DNA of 64,000 nucleotides, taken from assembly GCA_023898465.1 (NCBI GenBank), contig CP060223.1:1-64000 (forward strand), in the 5' to 3' direction. Every line of letters starts with the position of its first letter. Position 1 is the first letter of the stretch. Shown here piece after piece: positions 38,178 through 48,487 of the stretch. This DNA comes from Candidatus Nomurabacteria bacterium. Lineage in GTDB: Bacteria; Patescibacteriota; Patescibacteriia; HK-STAS-PATE-3. Position numbers and translations under genes: made by a program. The notes beneath the pieces are model-generated. The model was given only the letters and a program-made list of their open reading frames with translations, searched no databases and was not told the origin of the DNA.

Positions 38178-39158
38178 TCACGCTGGTTTAATAGTCCAGC
38201 CTTGAGGGGTTTCAATAATAGTGCCCGGGGTGGTGAAGCCGGCTGCTTTGACGTGCCCGCCGCCGCCATACTCGGCTGCCATTTTGGAGACGTCGACGCC
38301 CTCCTGAGTGGTGCGATAACTTCCGCTAATGAGGCCATCAGGTAGCTCTTTTAAGAAAAAGGCAGCCTTAGCATCATCTAGTCCATTGAGGAAGTTAGCA
38401 AAGCCATCAACCGCATCAACATCCACACCACATTCGAGGAAGTCTTTTTGAAAAAGTGCAGTTGAGATAATGCCAGTTTCCACATTGCGTTGTAGGCGAC
38501 TAAGGGCAATGCCCCAGAGTCGCAGCATAGCCAGAGACTTATTCTTCAGAGTACCATCGTTGATTTCTTTTAAGACCGCGCCCCGTTCAAGTAATTCAGC
38601 TGCCGCGCCCATGGCACTTGGTGTAGTTGCGAGATTCGCAAATCCTCCCGTGTCAGTCAATATCCCGGTAAGTAAACTCGTGGCCATTGCTCGTGTGATG
38701 GGTGCGCCTACGTGCGTAAGGAAGGAATAGATCAACTCAGCAGTTGAGGAAGCCTGGACATTGATGTGGGCGTGATCAACTACGTTACGACCCTCGTATT
38801 CCAATCGGGTGGGGTGGTGGTCAATGCAGACGACTTGTGCTTTTTTCTCACCTTTTAACAATAGCTCAGTTGCTTGTGTGCGCTTCACATCACCAATATC
38901 AAGTAGGACGATCACGTCAAAGTCTTGCGTGCGCAAATCATCTGGATTTGAACTGATACGCTGGATATCTAAAAAGTCGAAGTAGGGTGCTGGACGATCA
39001 TTACTAAAACAAAGGTGTGACTTTCCCATTTGTTCAAGGTAATGACTTAATCCCAACATTGCGCCGATTGCATCACCGTCTGGGCGCTCATGGGCGGTCA
39101 GGAGGATATGACGCGCGTTTTGGAGCAGCGCTTGTAATTTGGGGGCAAAGTATTCCAT
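38178..39158 (-). CDS. DHH/DHHA1 family phosphoesterase (NrnA-like oligoribonuclease/pAp phosphatase)
   Basis: HERPDGDAIGA and DHH (IDHH) motifs, with a DHHA1-like C-terminus (GGGH). Confidence 0.75.
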   Translation of the reverse strand: MEYFAPKLQALLQNARHILLTAHERPDGDAIGAMLGLSHYLEQMGKSHLCFSNDRPAPYFDFLDIQRISSNPDDLRTQDFDVIVLLDIGDVKRTQATELLLKGEKKAQVVCIDHHPTRLEYEGRNVVDHAHINVQASSTAELIYSFLTHVGAPITRAMATSLLTGILTDTGGFANLATTPSAMGAAAELLERGAVLKEINDGTLKNKSLAMLRLWGIALSRLQRNVETGIISTALFQKDFLECGVDVDAVDGFANFLNGLDDAKAAFFLKELPDGLISGSYRTTQEGVDVSKMAAEYGGGGHVKAAGFTTPGTIIETPQGWTIKPA

Positions 39159-39173
39159 AGAAAGCCCCTGACT

Positions 39174-39518
39174 CTACTCTTTCTCAGCAATGTCGTCAAG
39201 GAGTGACTCAACGCGAAACGCTTTCTCCTCGGTATAGTCGATATGAAACTCAATGTGTGGGACAAATTTCATTACCAGTTTTCGATTGAGATAGTGCTGC
39301 AGTTCGCCGCGCTGTTGGCTAAGGATTTTTTCAACTGCTTCCACTTGCTCGATTGGCAGCACTGAAATCCAAACCCTGGTGACGCTTAAATCCACCGCAG
39401 TGTCCACCTTGGAAATAGTCACAATCGTACCCAAAGGGAACTCAACAAGCCGCTTCATGAGCTGGCCGAGCTCTGTCGTAATGAGCGCGTTTACTTTCGC
39501 TATTCGGTCTCCGGGCAT
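39174..39518 (-). CDS. rbfA: ribosome-binding factor A
   Basis: 114 aa with the RbfA KH-like pattern. It sits immediately downstream of infB. Confidence 0.85.
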   Translation of the reverse strand: MPGDRIAKVNALITTELGQLMKRLVEFPLGTIVTISKVDTAVDLSVTRVWISVLPIEQVEAVEKILSQQRGELQHYLNRKLVMKFVPHIEFHIDYTEEKAFRVESLLDDIAEKE

Positions 39519-39519
39519 T

Positions 39520-41319
39520 TTAGGCGCCTAAAGTTTTTTTACGTGTTTCCTCAGTGTAGAACTCAAGCGTGTCGCCCTCAGCGACAATTGGCTCGCCTTC
39601 ATAGCGGACACCACATTGACCGCCAACACTTACTTCATTCACTACACGCTTTTCAATCTTCACTTGCTTGGCGGTGCCAGTGCCAATACTTTCATCGTTA
39701 CGCTTCACTCGGATTAGCACATCCGGCACTGCTTTGCCTTTAGTAACCTCACCACCCACAATCATGGCCTTGCGTTCAGTTCGGAAGATGGCCAGCACCT
39801 TCATTGCACCAATTTCAGTCACAATAACTTCTTGACTCAATTGTGATTCAGCCTCAATGCGGACCGCGGCGACCAAGTCATAGATAATACTGTAGTGTTC
39901 AATCGCAATATCTTTTCCTTTGGCAACTGCTTCGGCAGATGGAGTGGCGTCAACGTTGAAGCCATAGAGCTTGGCTTTACTTGTTTCTGCTGCCAGGACA
40001 TCAGCCTCAGAGATATTTCCTAATCCTTTGTGAATCACTCGCACAGCTACCTCTTCATTCTGGAGTTTTTCAAGCGCGCCAACAATTGCTTCGAGTGATC
40101 CAAGTGTATCAGCCTTCACCACCACCGGAATAATAGTAGCCGCATGTGTTCCTTCACTTTCCACTAAGGTATGGGAAGCGCTGACTTGCGCTGGAGCTTG
40201 GTTCTTTAACTGATAGCTCTTCACTCGTTTTTTCACGTCGCTTAAATCAGTAACGGCCTGGAGGATGTCACCAACCGCTGGTGCACCTTTCAATCCAATA
40301 ATTTTGGCCGGGGTAGCTGGCGCAGCTTCGCTTAAGCTTTTTCCACGATAGTCTTTGAGTGCTTTAATCTTTCCATACACATTTCCAATCGTGACTTGGT
40401 CGCCGCGGTGCAGCGTACCTGATTGCACGAGTACGGTAGCCACTGGACCTTCGCCCGGGTCAATGTGTGATTCGATAATCGTTCCAATTGCTAAGCGATC
40501 TGGGTTCGCACGTAGGCGATCCTTTTGTAAGTCAGCCACTAAGAGCACCATATCAAGTAACTCTGGAATACCTTGGCCGGTCTTGGCTGATACAGGTGCC
40601 ATCACTACATTACCGCCCCAGTCCTCAGCTTGTACTTCCTGCTCAGCCAAACCCTGTTTTACTCGCTCCAGATTCGCTTCAGGTTTATCAATTTTGTTAA
40701 TAGCTACAACAAAAGGCAGATTGCTCGCTTTAATAATTTTCAAAGCCTCAAGAGTCTGAGGCTTCACGCCATCGTCAGCAGCAACAACTAGGATTGCTAC
40801 ATCGGCTACACGGGCGCCACGTGAACGCATGGCACTAAAGGCTTCATGGCCTGGGGTGTCAATAAAGGTAATCGCGCGTTCCTTATCAATTACTTGATAC
40901 GCACCAATGCTTTGGGTGATACCGCCAGCTTCTTTTTCCGCTACATTTGTTTCACGGATTTTATCGAGCAACAGAGTTTTACCATGATCAACGTGACCCA
41001 TCACCACAACGACCGGTGGACGCACCTTCAATTTCGAAGCCTCTTCCTTATTTGCATTTTCAAGAGCGCTCAGGTCCTGTGCATTGCTCTCTTGTGCTTC
41101 TTTCTCAGTGCTTACATTAAATTCCGCAGCAATAATTGAGGCAGTATCAAAATCAATCCGTTCGTTTTGACCGGACATGATGCCATTTTTCATGAGTTCA
41201 GCAATGACGCGGGTGACTGGGACTTCTAGCTTTTCAGCTAAATCCTTAATCACTACCGTCTCAGGAAGTGTGATGTTTTTTTCTTCGCTTGCTGGAGCTG
41301 GGCTTGTTGCTGTGTCCAT
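39520..41319 (-). CDS. infB: translation initiation factor IF-2
   Basis: G-domain motifs GHVDHGKT and DTPGH, with IF-2 C-terminal domains. 599 aa. Confidence 0.9.
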   Translation of the reverse strand: MDTATSPAPASEEKNITLPETVVIKDLAEKLEVPVTRVIAELMKNGIMSGQNERIDFDTASIIAAEFNVSTEKEAQESNAQDLSALENANKEEASKLKVRPPVVVVMGHVDHGKTLLLDKIRETNVAEKEAGGITQSIGAYQVIDKERAITFIDTPGHEAFSAMRSRGARVADVAILVVAADDGVKPQTLEALKIIKASNLPFVVAINKIDKPEANLERVKQGLAEQEVQAEDWGGNVVMAPVSAKTGQGIPELLDMVLLVADLQKDRLRANPDRLAIGTIIESHIDPGEGPVATVLVQSGTLHRGDQVTIGNVYGKIKALKDYRGKSLSEAAPATPAKIIGLKGAPAVGDILQAVTDLSDVKKRVKSYQLKNQAPAQVSASHTLVESEGTHAATIIPVVVKADTLGSLEAIVGALEKLQNEEVAVRVIHKGLGNISEADVLAAETSKAKLYGFNVDATPSAEAVAKGKDIAIEHYSIIYDLVAAVRIEAESQLSQEVIVTEIGAMKVLAIFRTERKAMIVGGEVTKGKAVPDVLIRVKRNDESIGTGTAKQVKIEKRVVNEVSVGGQCGVRYEGEPIVAEGDTLEFYTEETRKKTLGA

Positions 41320-41447
41320 AGTGTACCCAAGAGTAAATCGACTGCCCCCAAATTTGTTAGCGTTAGGTCAGGCGCAGTGTACAATGTTCAATGCGTCTTG
41401 TCAATAAAAAAGCCCGCAATCGCTAGCTATTTTATTAAGATATTTTT

Positions 41448-41862
41448 TTACCTTTGACTCCGAGCAATTGCTACCGCAAAAATGGCCACCACCGTAAACA
41501 GCGAGAGCAGCATCCAATATCCTAAGCGTTTGCTAATGCTGCCAGCTTGGGTGGATTGTGCGTGATGTAATTGTACGGTGATCACTTGTCCGGCCAGGAC
41601 AGCCTCCATGACGATCAAGCCCATTTTTATGAGAAAGGTGGGAGAGCTCAAGGCCTTAGAGAGATAGGGAATAACTAAGGCGATTCCGCTGAGAATTGTT
41701 ATTCCTGCGATGAAAAAACCTAAGCGTCGAGTTTGTACTAAACGATCTAGTCTCTCTGCACTCAAATTTCGCGGCATGGCCAGGATAACGGTGAAGAACA
41801 CCACACCAAGTAAAAGTCCGGCACCAATGATATGAATAATAACTAGGAGAGTATGTAACATA
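41448..41862 (-). CDS. hypothetical polytopic membrane protein
   Basis: Four hydrophobic helices. The ATG at 41862 is preferred over the longer track ORF. Confidence 0.4.
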
Positions 41863-41940
41863 TTGAAACCTAAGAATGAGACGCGTATAGTATAAGGGTG
41901 CTTTTGCATGAGTACAAGCAAGCAATAAGGAGGTGTACTC

Positions 41941-42402
41941 ATGGTGATGGCAGTAGGTGCTGCAGTTTCGCTCCTTGAGAGCTTGATTGAGAAAGCGCGA
42001 CAGCAGGGGTGGCTCGTCTATCGTCACGATCTACAATGGGACGATAGCGTCTACGCCCAGATCGTCGATTTCATAGCATCGCTCGGTTCAGCGACCTTGC
42101 CGACGTGTTTGTGCATCCCTATGCATGAGGGTCGGATGCTGCTGGGTATCCCATGTGATGCGGAGCCTGAGATGATTTGTCATCTGCAGTATATGGATGA
42201 TATGGAGCGCGACGTATTGTCCATGCTGCTTGAGGAGCTGGGTTTGCACGAGCACGCGGCCGATCGGACATCCGTAGTGATCCAATTTGCTGTCGATGTG
42301 GAAGTGACCGACGGTCAGACTGTGCGCAAGGAGGTGACACATCGCTGGAGGGTGGCGGACCAGTCTACTTGGGAAGAATGCCTTAGCGACGCTCTTGCAT
42401 AA
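41941..42402 (+). CDS. hypothetical protein (153 aa; GC-rich solitary gene)
   Basis: AAGGAGG RBS at 6 nt. Terminator hairpin gacgc...gcgtc plus T-tract at about 42375-42415. Confidence 0.45.
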   Translation: MVMAVGAAVSLLESLIEKARQQGWLVYRHDLQWDDSVYAQIVDFIASLGSATLPTCLCIPMHEGRMLLGIPCDAEPEMICHLQYMDDMERDVLSMLLEELGLHEHAADRTSVVIQFAVDVEVTDGQTVRKEVTHRWRVADQSTWEECLSDALA

Positions 42403-42778
42403 AGGGCGTCGTTTGCTTTTCTTGACAGTTTTGGTTATCAGATTTAGGCTAACCTTGAGGCATGAAAGTCTTGAAGGCAGGTGTTCGGCTTGTTCCGGAA
42501 TCACTGACCGAATAGGCAAAAGGGTTGCTCCCAGACCAGTAGCTAAGGTTCGATGTACACGTACATTCCTCTACAGAGAGGTGTTGCGCTAAGTGCGCGA
42601 TTACTACGTGAAACCTCACCCTGCATCTGGGGAGGTGCCGAAGCTCTGGGCGTCACCATTTGGTGTGCGCGGTAGTGTCTCACTTCATGGGGGTCAGCAT
42701 TTCGATGTCTGGCCCCCTTTCCTTTATATACACAAAACCCCGCGTGTGCGAGGTTGTTTGTGTATCACCCTTAGGTGA

Positions 42779-43300
42779 TTAGAGTATTTCCATTTTCACT
42801 ATACGAGCGCCCCATTGCTTAGCTTCTTCTCGTGTGTGCATCCAGATATCGGCGATAGATCCGCCGTAGCGCGCATTCATCCGATCCTCGACCACAAATA
42901 TTTTGTCGCCGTAGACATCGGGGAATCGCACCTGGGTGCCAAAGGGTAAGAGGTTATAGGCAATGATTCCGTCCCGGACATGTGATCCAGATGCAGTGGT
43001 GAATGGATCGCCATCCGTTTGGTCCACCGTACTGGAGTAGGCAGTCAGGGTCAGCCAAAGAGTACGCTTGGCTGGTCGAGCAGGCACATCAGGGAGATGT
43101 CCGCTTGTTTGCGGAGTGGTCAGGAGCGCTTCATCCACGGTGATGCAGCTTGCATCAGGGAGAGCGCTGATGGCAGGTCCGCTGACGTGAGCCATAGCAG
43201 GCTGAGGAAATATGATGTTGATGAGCGCTAGTAAACTGAGAAAAGTGATATGGATTGGCCGCGAGGCTTTCCTCGCAAAGCGTCCAGGAACGTTCGGCAT
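42779..43300 (-). CDS. secreted 3D-domain (MltA-like) protein
   Basis: Signal peptide, then a 3D-domain region TQVRFPDVYGDKIFVVEDRMNARY...IDIWM. Confidence 0.7.
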   Translation of the reverse strand: MPNVPGRFARKASRPIHITFLSLLALINIIFPQPAMAHVSGPAISALPDASCITVDEALLTTPQTSGHLPDVPARPAKRTLWLTLTAYSSTVDQTDGDPFTTASGSHVRDGIIAYNLLPFGTQVRFPDVYGDKIFVVEDRMNARYGGSIADIWMHTREEAKQWGARIVKMEIL

Positions 43301-43462
43301 AAGTAATGCTTACTGGTAAGTGGACGGCCCCCCAACGCATCGAATGATGCATCCGTACTCAACAAAAAACAGCTAGAACAAGCTGTCTTGGAGCGAGGCA
43401 CACCTTAGCACGGATAGGTGATTTGGTCAAGCCTTAAGGCCTAAAAAAGTGTGTTTTAGGGC

Positions 43463-44122
43463 CTATTTTAGGGCCTGAAGCACATCTTGCAAATCGAGCA
43501 ATTGGAGCTCCTCACCATATATTTTTCGCTGCACATCAGTGGCATATCCCGAGGCAGCAAAAGAGATAGCTCGAGGGATTTTTTGGGCAATGAGGCTCTG
43601 ATAAAGCTCATTCAGGTCTTGTCGCGTGACTGTTTTTCCCTTTGGAGCACAGTAGACCGGCACCTTTCCTTTATTTGTAGCGAGGAAGAAGTCAGGTGAG
43701 GGCGATGCAGAGGATTGTGGGCTGGGAAGTATTTGAAAACCCTGTTGTGTAAAGAATTTTTGTAGCTCCTTTATCTGTTGGACATCATTCACTTGTTGCC
43801 AAAAGTAAGTTTGCGAGACTTGCTCTTGCTTAACTTCCTTTTGTTGGAGCTCTTTCTCTACTTTATTTGTTCGCCAGGCAGGAGAGAAAAGTCCGAGAAT
43901 TCTTTTTATTTCTCCAATTTGGTAGACAGCCATGTAAAGTCCGATGAGACCACCTGCCATACCAAAGAGGAAAAGGGAAATAGCAATGTTACGGAAGGTG
44001 AAGCCGGCAAAGAGGAGGAGTACCAGCGCCACGAGGATACCAAAGGTCACTCCGGCGATGACGGTCTGGGTGGGGAGGTGGGCTTCTCTTTGCTCCATTC
44101 TTTTTTTGTCGTCCATATGCAT
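43463..44122 (-). CDS. membrane protein with C-terminal restriction-endonuclease-like (Mrr_cat-type) domain, tentative
   Basis: Two TM helices, then a PD-(D/E)xK-like segment DFFLATNKGKVPVYCAPKG. The domain assignment is weak. Confidence 0.35.
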   Translation of the reverse strand: MHMDDKKRMEQREAHLPTQTVIAGVTFGILVALVLLLFAGFTFRNIAISLFLFGMAGGLIGLYMAVYQIGEIKRILGLFSPAWRTNKVEKELQQKEVKQEQVSQTYFWQQVNDVQQIKELQKFFTQQGFQILPSPQSSASPSPDFFLATNKGKVPVYCAPKGKTVTRQDLNELYQSLIAQKIPRAISFAASGYATDVQRKIYGEELQLLDLQDVLQALK

Positions 44123-44217
44123 AGTATACCCGACTCTAGACTACTTGACAGCCACTACAGAAATTCTCTCGAGCCTGTTACAATTTTATTACCTATAAAA
44201 AGAAAGGAGGCTGAATA

Positions 44218-44313
44218 ATGCTTAATCATCGATTAATGGACGACCCAGAAGAGGAAGGTATGGAAGAAGAGGGTATGGACGAAGACATGGGTGACATGGA
44301 CGAGAACGAATAG
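44218..44313 (+). CDS. putative 31-aa highly acidic peptide
   Basis: AAAGGAGG lies 9 nt before ATG (MLNHRLMDDPEEEGMEEEGMDEDMGDMDENE). Terminator hairpin ctgcccccac...gtgggggcag plus T-tract at 44338-44400. Confidence 0.35.
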   Translation: MLNHRLMDDPEEEGMEEEGMDEDMGDMDENE

Positions 44314-44403
44314 TCCATTCTCCTTCTGGAATCACAACTGCCCCCACACTTCTCATAGTCTGAAAAGGCAAAGAGAGGCGTGGGGGCAGTTTTATTTTTC
44401 CGA

Positions 44404-45237
44404 TTAGTTCGCCGGAAGTATTTCTACACTATCGACCATGCGCTGGTCGTAGTTGTTTCCCTCAGTGGTGATTTCGCCATCTTGCTCATCAGGATTTTTT
44501 GACCAGTAGGTGGCTTCTTGTCCAAGTGACCAGGAAATGACCCGGCCATACTCAGGGGAGTATAAGGTATAGAGTGCTTGGTAATTTTGACATTTCGTTT
44601 CATCAAGACTGAGACCGTCACCAGCAATGCTCACTCGATAGACACCCTCTTGTGAAGCAGGGGTGAGTTCGTCCACCTGACAAGTATCACCATAATACTG
44701 CCTAAGAAAGGCATTCAGTTCATCTTCATTCGCTACCGTCCGACTAATAATATTCCAGCCAATGAAATGAAACTCTAATTGAGGGCTTGTTAGTGAAACT
44801 TTTATACAATCATTAAAGTAGTAGCCAAAAGTATTGTCGTGGTTTTCCTGAATATGCTCATCTTGAAGTAGATAGGTATACTCTGGGGCAATGCGTATTG
44901 TGTTTTCGTGCTGAAAAATTCGGACAGGTGCCTTTGCCCAATCCAGGTATCTTGTTCCATCTTGTTCTTTGCTGCAGGTGGCGCCGTAGTACCACATCGA
45001 TTTTGGGATATCCATAGCAAAGCCCAATCGTTCGTCAGTGTAGCGCCAGAAGTCCGCATCAATTGTTTTGAGTGAGGATCCGGACAATAGGGTGAGTTTT
45101 GTGTCATTGCCTATAGTTACGCTCTGGTCATCATGCGTGCCTGATTGGCCCCAGATAAGTGCTCCAATAATAAGGAGGAGTAGTCCAACTCCAACGACTA
45201 TAGCGACATTACGGGCCTGGCGAAGTTCAGTTTGCAT
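44404..45237 (-). CDS. hypothetical exported/membrane-anchored protein (277 aa)
   Basis: N-terminal hydrophobic anchor. No recognised domain. Confidence 0.5.
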   Translation of the reverse strand: MQTELRQARNVAIVVGVGLLLLIIGALIWGQSGTHDDQSVTIGNDTKLTLLSGSSLKTIDADFWRYTDERLGFAMDIPKSMWYYGATCSKEQDGTRYLDWAKAPVRIFQHENTIRIAPEYTYLLQDEHIQENHDNTFGYYFNDCIKVSLTSPQLEFHFIGWNIISRTVANEDELNAFLRQYYGDTCQVDELTPASQEGVYRVSIAGDGLSLDETKCQNYQALYTLYSPEYGRVISWSLGQEATYWSKNPDEQDGEITTEGNNYDQRMVDSVEILPAN

Positions 45238-45349
45238 GGGTGTAGAGGATAATGCTTACGAAATCAGTGTAGCATGCTACACTTGTCATGCAGAGAGGGG
45301 CGTGCTACAGTGGCTTGCCTGCCTCGCAGGACAAGCTTTCCTTATATAT

Positions 45350-46585
45350 ATGTCATCACCAAATCAATCAGGTTTTTACGGCCTACATGTTGCTCCAAAG
45401 TTCTTGGACATACTCGCCCGTCTCAACTTTACTCAACCCACCCCAATTCAACAAAAAGCCATTCCTTTAGCCATTGATGGCAAGGATCTGATTGGTATTG
45501 CCCAGACTGGTACGGGTAAAACCCTGGCTTTTGGCTTACCAATGTTGCAAAACCTTTCTCGGGTGAAGGGGCAGGGTCTGGTCGTGCTGCCGACTCGTGA
45601 ATTAGCCGCCCAGGTAGATGAAACACTACAACGCTTAGGTCGTGGAATTGGCGTGCGTACGGCAATCATCGTGGGCGGCGCTTCTATGGATCGACAAGAG
45701 CGGATGCTGCGTAATCGTCCACACGTCATTGTCGCTACACCCGGGCGTCTGATTGACCACCTTGGTTCAAAGCCAAACCTCTTGCAGCAGGTAAAAATCC
45801 TGGTGCTTGATGAGGCTGACCGCATGCTTGATATGGGATTTGCGCCGCAGATAAATCAGATATTAGAGAAAGTTTCTAAAGAGCGTCAGACCATGCTCTT
45901 CTCAGCCACGATGCCAACCGAGATTGTGAGCATCGCACAGAAGCACATGGCCCTACCAGTGCGGGTTGAAATTGCTCGACCGGGTAGTACGACTGATCAA
46001 GTGGATCAAGAAGTGCTCTTTGTGTCTAAGCGAAATAAGAACGCACAGCTCGAGCGCTTACTTCAGCGCTATCATGGTACCGTGCTGGTGTTTTCTCGCA
46101 CGAAGTGGAATGCAAAGAAGTTGACTCGCGACATTCGTCAGATGGGCCACACTGCAGCTGAGATTCATTCCAACCGCACTCAAGCACAACGTCGGGAAGC
46201 ACTAGATGGTTTTAAAAGGGGTAAGTATCGTGTCCTCGTGGCGACCGACATTGCTGCACGTGGTATTGATGTAAAAAATATCGAGCTGGTGGTGAACTAT
46301 GACCTGCCAAGTACACCGGATGATTATGTGCACCGTATCGGCCGCACTGGTCGAGCCGGCAAGAAAGGCAAGGCTATTTCCTTTGCCATGCCTGAGCAGC
46401 AACGAGACGTGAGAGACATTGAGCGTCTTATTCGGGCCGAGCTGCCAGTGGGAGAGGATTCCGAGCCAGTAGAAAACCTTGGTTTAGCCAAGAAGGAGTT
46501 TCGACAACAGAAACGACATTTCCCTCGTCAGGGCGGTCGACCACAGCGCCCTCATCGACGCTCAGGTTTTCGCCGACGTCGCTAA
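45350..46585 (+). CDS. DEAD-box ATP-dependent RNA helicase with RG-rich C-terminal tail
   Basis: Q motif, AQTGTGKT, DEAD, SAT and HRIGRTGR motifs. The ATG at 45350 directly follows a TATATA element. Confidence 0.85.
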   Translation: MSSPNQSGFYGLHVAPKFLDILARLNFTQPTPIQQKAIPLAIDGKDLIGIAQTGTGKTLAFGLPMLQNLSRVKGQGLVVLPTRELAAQVDETLQRLGRGIGVRTAIIVGGASMDRQERMLRNRPHVIVATPGRLIDHLGSKPNLLQQVKILVLDEADRMLDMGFAPQINQILEKVSKERQTMLFSATMPTEIVSIAQKHMALPVRVEIARPGSTTDQVDQEVLFVSKRNKNAQLERLLQRYHGTVLVFSRTKWNAKKLTRDIRQMGHTAAEIHSNRTQAQRREALDGFKRGKYRVLVATDIAARGIDVKNIELVVNYDLPSTPDDYVHRIGRTGRAGKKGKAISFAMPEQQRDVRDIERLIRAELPVGEDSEPVENLGLAKKEFRQQKRHFPRQGGRPQRPHRRSGFRRRR

Positions 46586-46633
46586 ACGAGGAGTATAAAA
46601 AAACCATTCCACAGCGGAATGATTTTTTTGTGC

Positions 46634-46765
46634 TTATTTTTTCTTTCCTCGTCGCTTTTTTGCGAGGGCTTCTAGCATTTGTCGCTTGATCTCCAGACGC
46701 TTCTTTGTTTTGCGTGATTTTGATCGTTGCGGGCGACCGACCGCGTGAGCTCGTTTTGCTGCCAT
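46634..46765 (-). CDS. putative 43-aa basic small protein
   Basis: AAGGAA RBS 6 nt upstream. MAAKRAHAVGRPQRSKSRKTKKRLEIKRQMLEALAKKRRGKKK. It is below the track length cut-off. Confidence 0.3.
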   Translation of the reverse strand: MAAKRAHAVGRPQRSKSRKTKKRLEIKRQMLEALAKKRRGKKK

Positions 46766-46849
46766 AGTATTTCCTTAGGATTAATGCGCACTCGCTATTC
46801 TAGCTGATGAGAGAGAGAAAGGCAAAAAACGAGCGTCGCTTTTATCTAA

Positions 46850-47179
46850 TTATTTTTCCGGAAGTGTTTGTACAAAGCTTAATCCTTGCTCCACCCAGTA
46901 CTCAAGCTGCTTTTTTGTCTTTATTCCCTTAGGTTTAATATTGAGCACGCCCCTCATTGGCCTGCCGGTGAAAAGCATTTCCTGAGCGTGTTTGTGTTTC
47001 AGTAGCTCCGGGTATTTTTCTTTCCCTACTCGGACGACCAGTTTATCTTTGATAATTCCGCAGCATAAATTACCGTTTACCATAATAACCAAACCACCGA
47101 ACATTTTTCGTTCATCAACGTGCGGTACGGTAATAAAAATTTTGTAGAGACGTTCTGCGAGTTTCTCGTCGTAGGCCAT
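46850..47179 (-). CDS. TfoX N-terminal domain protein
   Basis: The pattern MFGG...NGNL.CG...LVVRV resembles TfoX/Sxy N-terminal domains. Confidence 0.6.
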   Translation of the reverse strand: MAYDEKLAERLYKIFITVPHVDERKMFGGLVIMVNGNLCCGIIKDKLVVRVGKEKYPELLKHKHAQEMLFTGRPMRGVLNIKPKGIKTKKQLEYWVEQGLSFVQTLPEK

Positions 47180-47497
47180 TATTTTAATTGTACTCCAAAA
47201 TAACGTTTACCGCAGCCATTTTATTAAGTCCAGATTCTTGTCATTATTCTTTCCGTCGGCAAGTTTTGAGTGTTTTTTATGCTAGCTCCCTACTCGATTT
47301 AGGCGATAGGTGAAAAATCTAGCCCGGGGGGTAGAGAATGCAGAAAGTGAAGGTGGAGGGCTTTGTCCGACGGGAGCCGCGCAAGGTGGAGTTGGTCCCA
47401 GGTCAGATAGCTGTGGTACTAGAAAATGGAAGAGGTGGAAAGTTTAGCCTAGCTGTATTAGAGTAGGATTAATAACACCTTGATAAGATAAAGTACA

Positions 47498-48487
47498 ATG
47501 AATATAATACTAGATTCGAATGTGCTGAAGGATAATTATTATCTCAATACACCGAGATTTCAAGCCCTGTTTAGCTATCTAAAAAAAACAAAATCAGAGT
47601 GTTTCATTCCTGAAATAGTAATTTTAGAAACGATAAAAAATTATAAAAGAGATACTGAAGAATACAACAGTATTGTTGATTCCCTAAAGAAGACTAATAG
47701 AGTTTTAGGTCTTAATGGTCCGAACCTTGAAATTAATATGAGCGATATTGTAAATAAGTATGAGCGAAGTATTTATAAAATAATAAAAAAAGTTGGAATA
47801 AAACTAATTCCGACTAAAGACTTGTCAATTTCAATTGATTCAGTTATTTCTCGATCGTTAAATGATATCCCGCCATTTTATAGATCAGGTAGATCAAGTG
47901 ATGTAGGATTTCGAGACTATATAGTTTGGGAGACTGTAAAATTTGTTAATAAAGACTTCGAAGGTAATCTGTGCTTTATATCGAACGATAAAAAAGCATT
48001 CGGACAAAGTTGTGAGTTATTTAGTAGATTAAAAAATGAATCCAACGTTCACTTTTATAACCTATTGGATGAGTTTTTAAATGAATATGCAGAAAAAATT
48101 AATTTTATTAGTGAAGAATACTTGGAGGACTACTTTCGTGAAGTTTTAGAAGATGAAATCCCTAATGTGGTGACTCTTAGCGAGCTACTAGCGACGAAAC
48201 CTGAGAATGAATATATAGATCCTTCTGACATAACTGACTATGAGTTTGATGAAATATCTATTTTGGATTTTTACGTTTATAATGCGACAACAAAATACTA
48301 TTACGTTTTCGTAAGGACAGACTTAATAGTAAGAGCTTATTATCTAAATAGATTAATGCTAGCGGCCGGACTTGATGATGAAGTATCTTCCGATTATTCT
48401 TTTTTAAGGTTCAAGAAATCCTTTTTACTAAGAATTGATAGAAGAACTAAAAGACCAGATCGTTTTCAAAATCATACTAGCAATTAA
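47498..48487 (+). CDS. PIN-like domain protein (DUF4935-type), very AT-rich foreign gene
   Basis: The N-terminus IILDSNVL...FIPEIVILE...ISND carries the three acidic PIN positions. The gene reads as about 30 % GC by eye, in strong contrast with its neighbours. Confidence 0.55.
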   Translation: MNIILDSNVLKDNYYLNTPRFQALFSYLKKTKSECFIPEIVILETIKNYKRDTEEYNSIVDSLKKTNRVLGLNGPNLEINMSDIVNKYERSIYKIIKKVGIKLIPTKDLSISIDSVISRSLNDIPPFYRSGRSSDVGFRDYIVWETVKFVNKDFEGNLCFISNDKKAFGQSCELFSRLKNESNVHFYNLLDEFLNEYAEKINFISEEYLEDYFREVLEDEIPNVVTLSELLATKPENEYIDPSDITDYEFDEISILDFYVYNATTKYYYVFVRTDLIVRAYYLNRLMLAAGLDDEVSSDYSFLRFKKSFLLRIDRRTKRPDRFQNHTSN

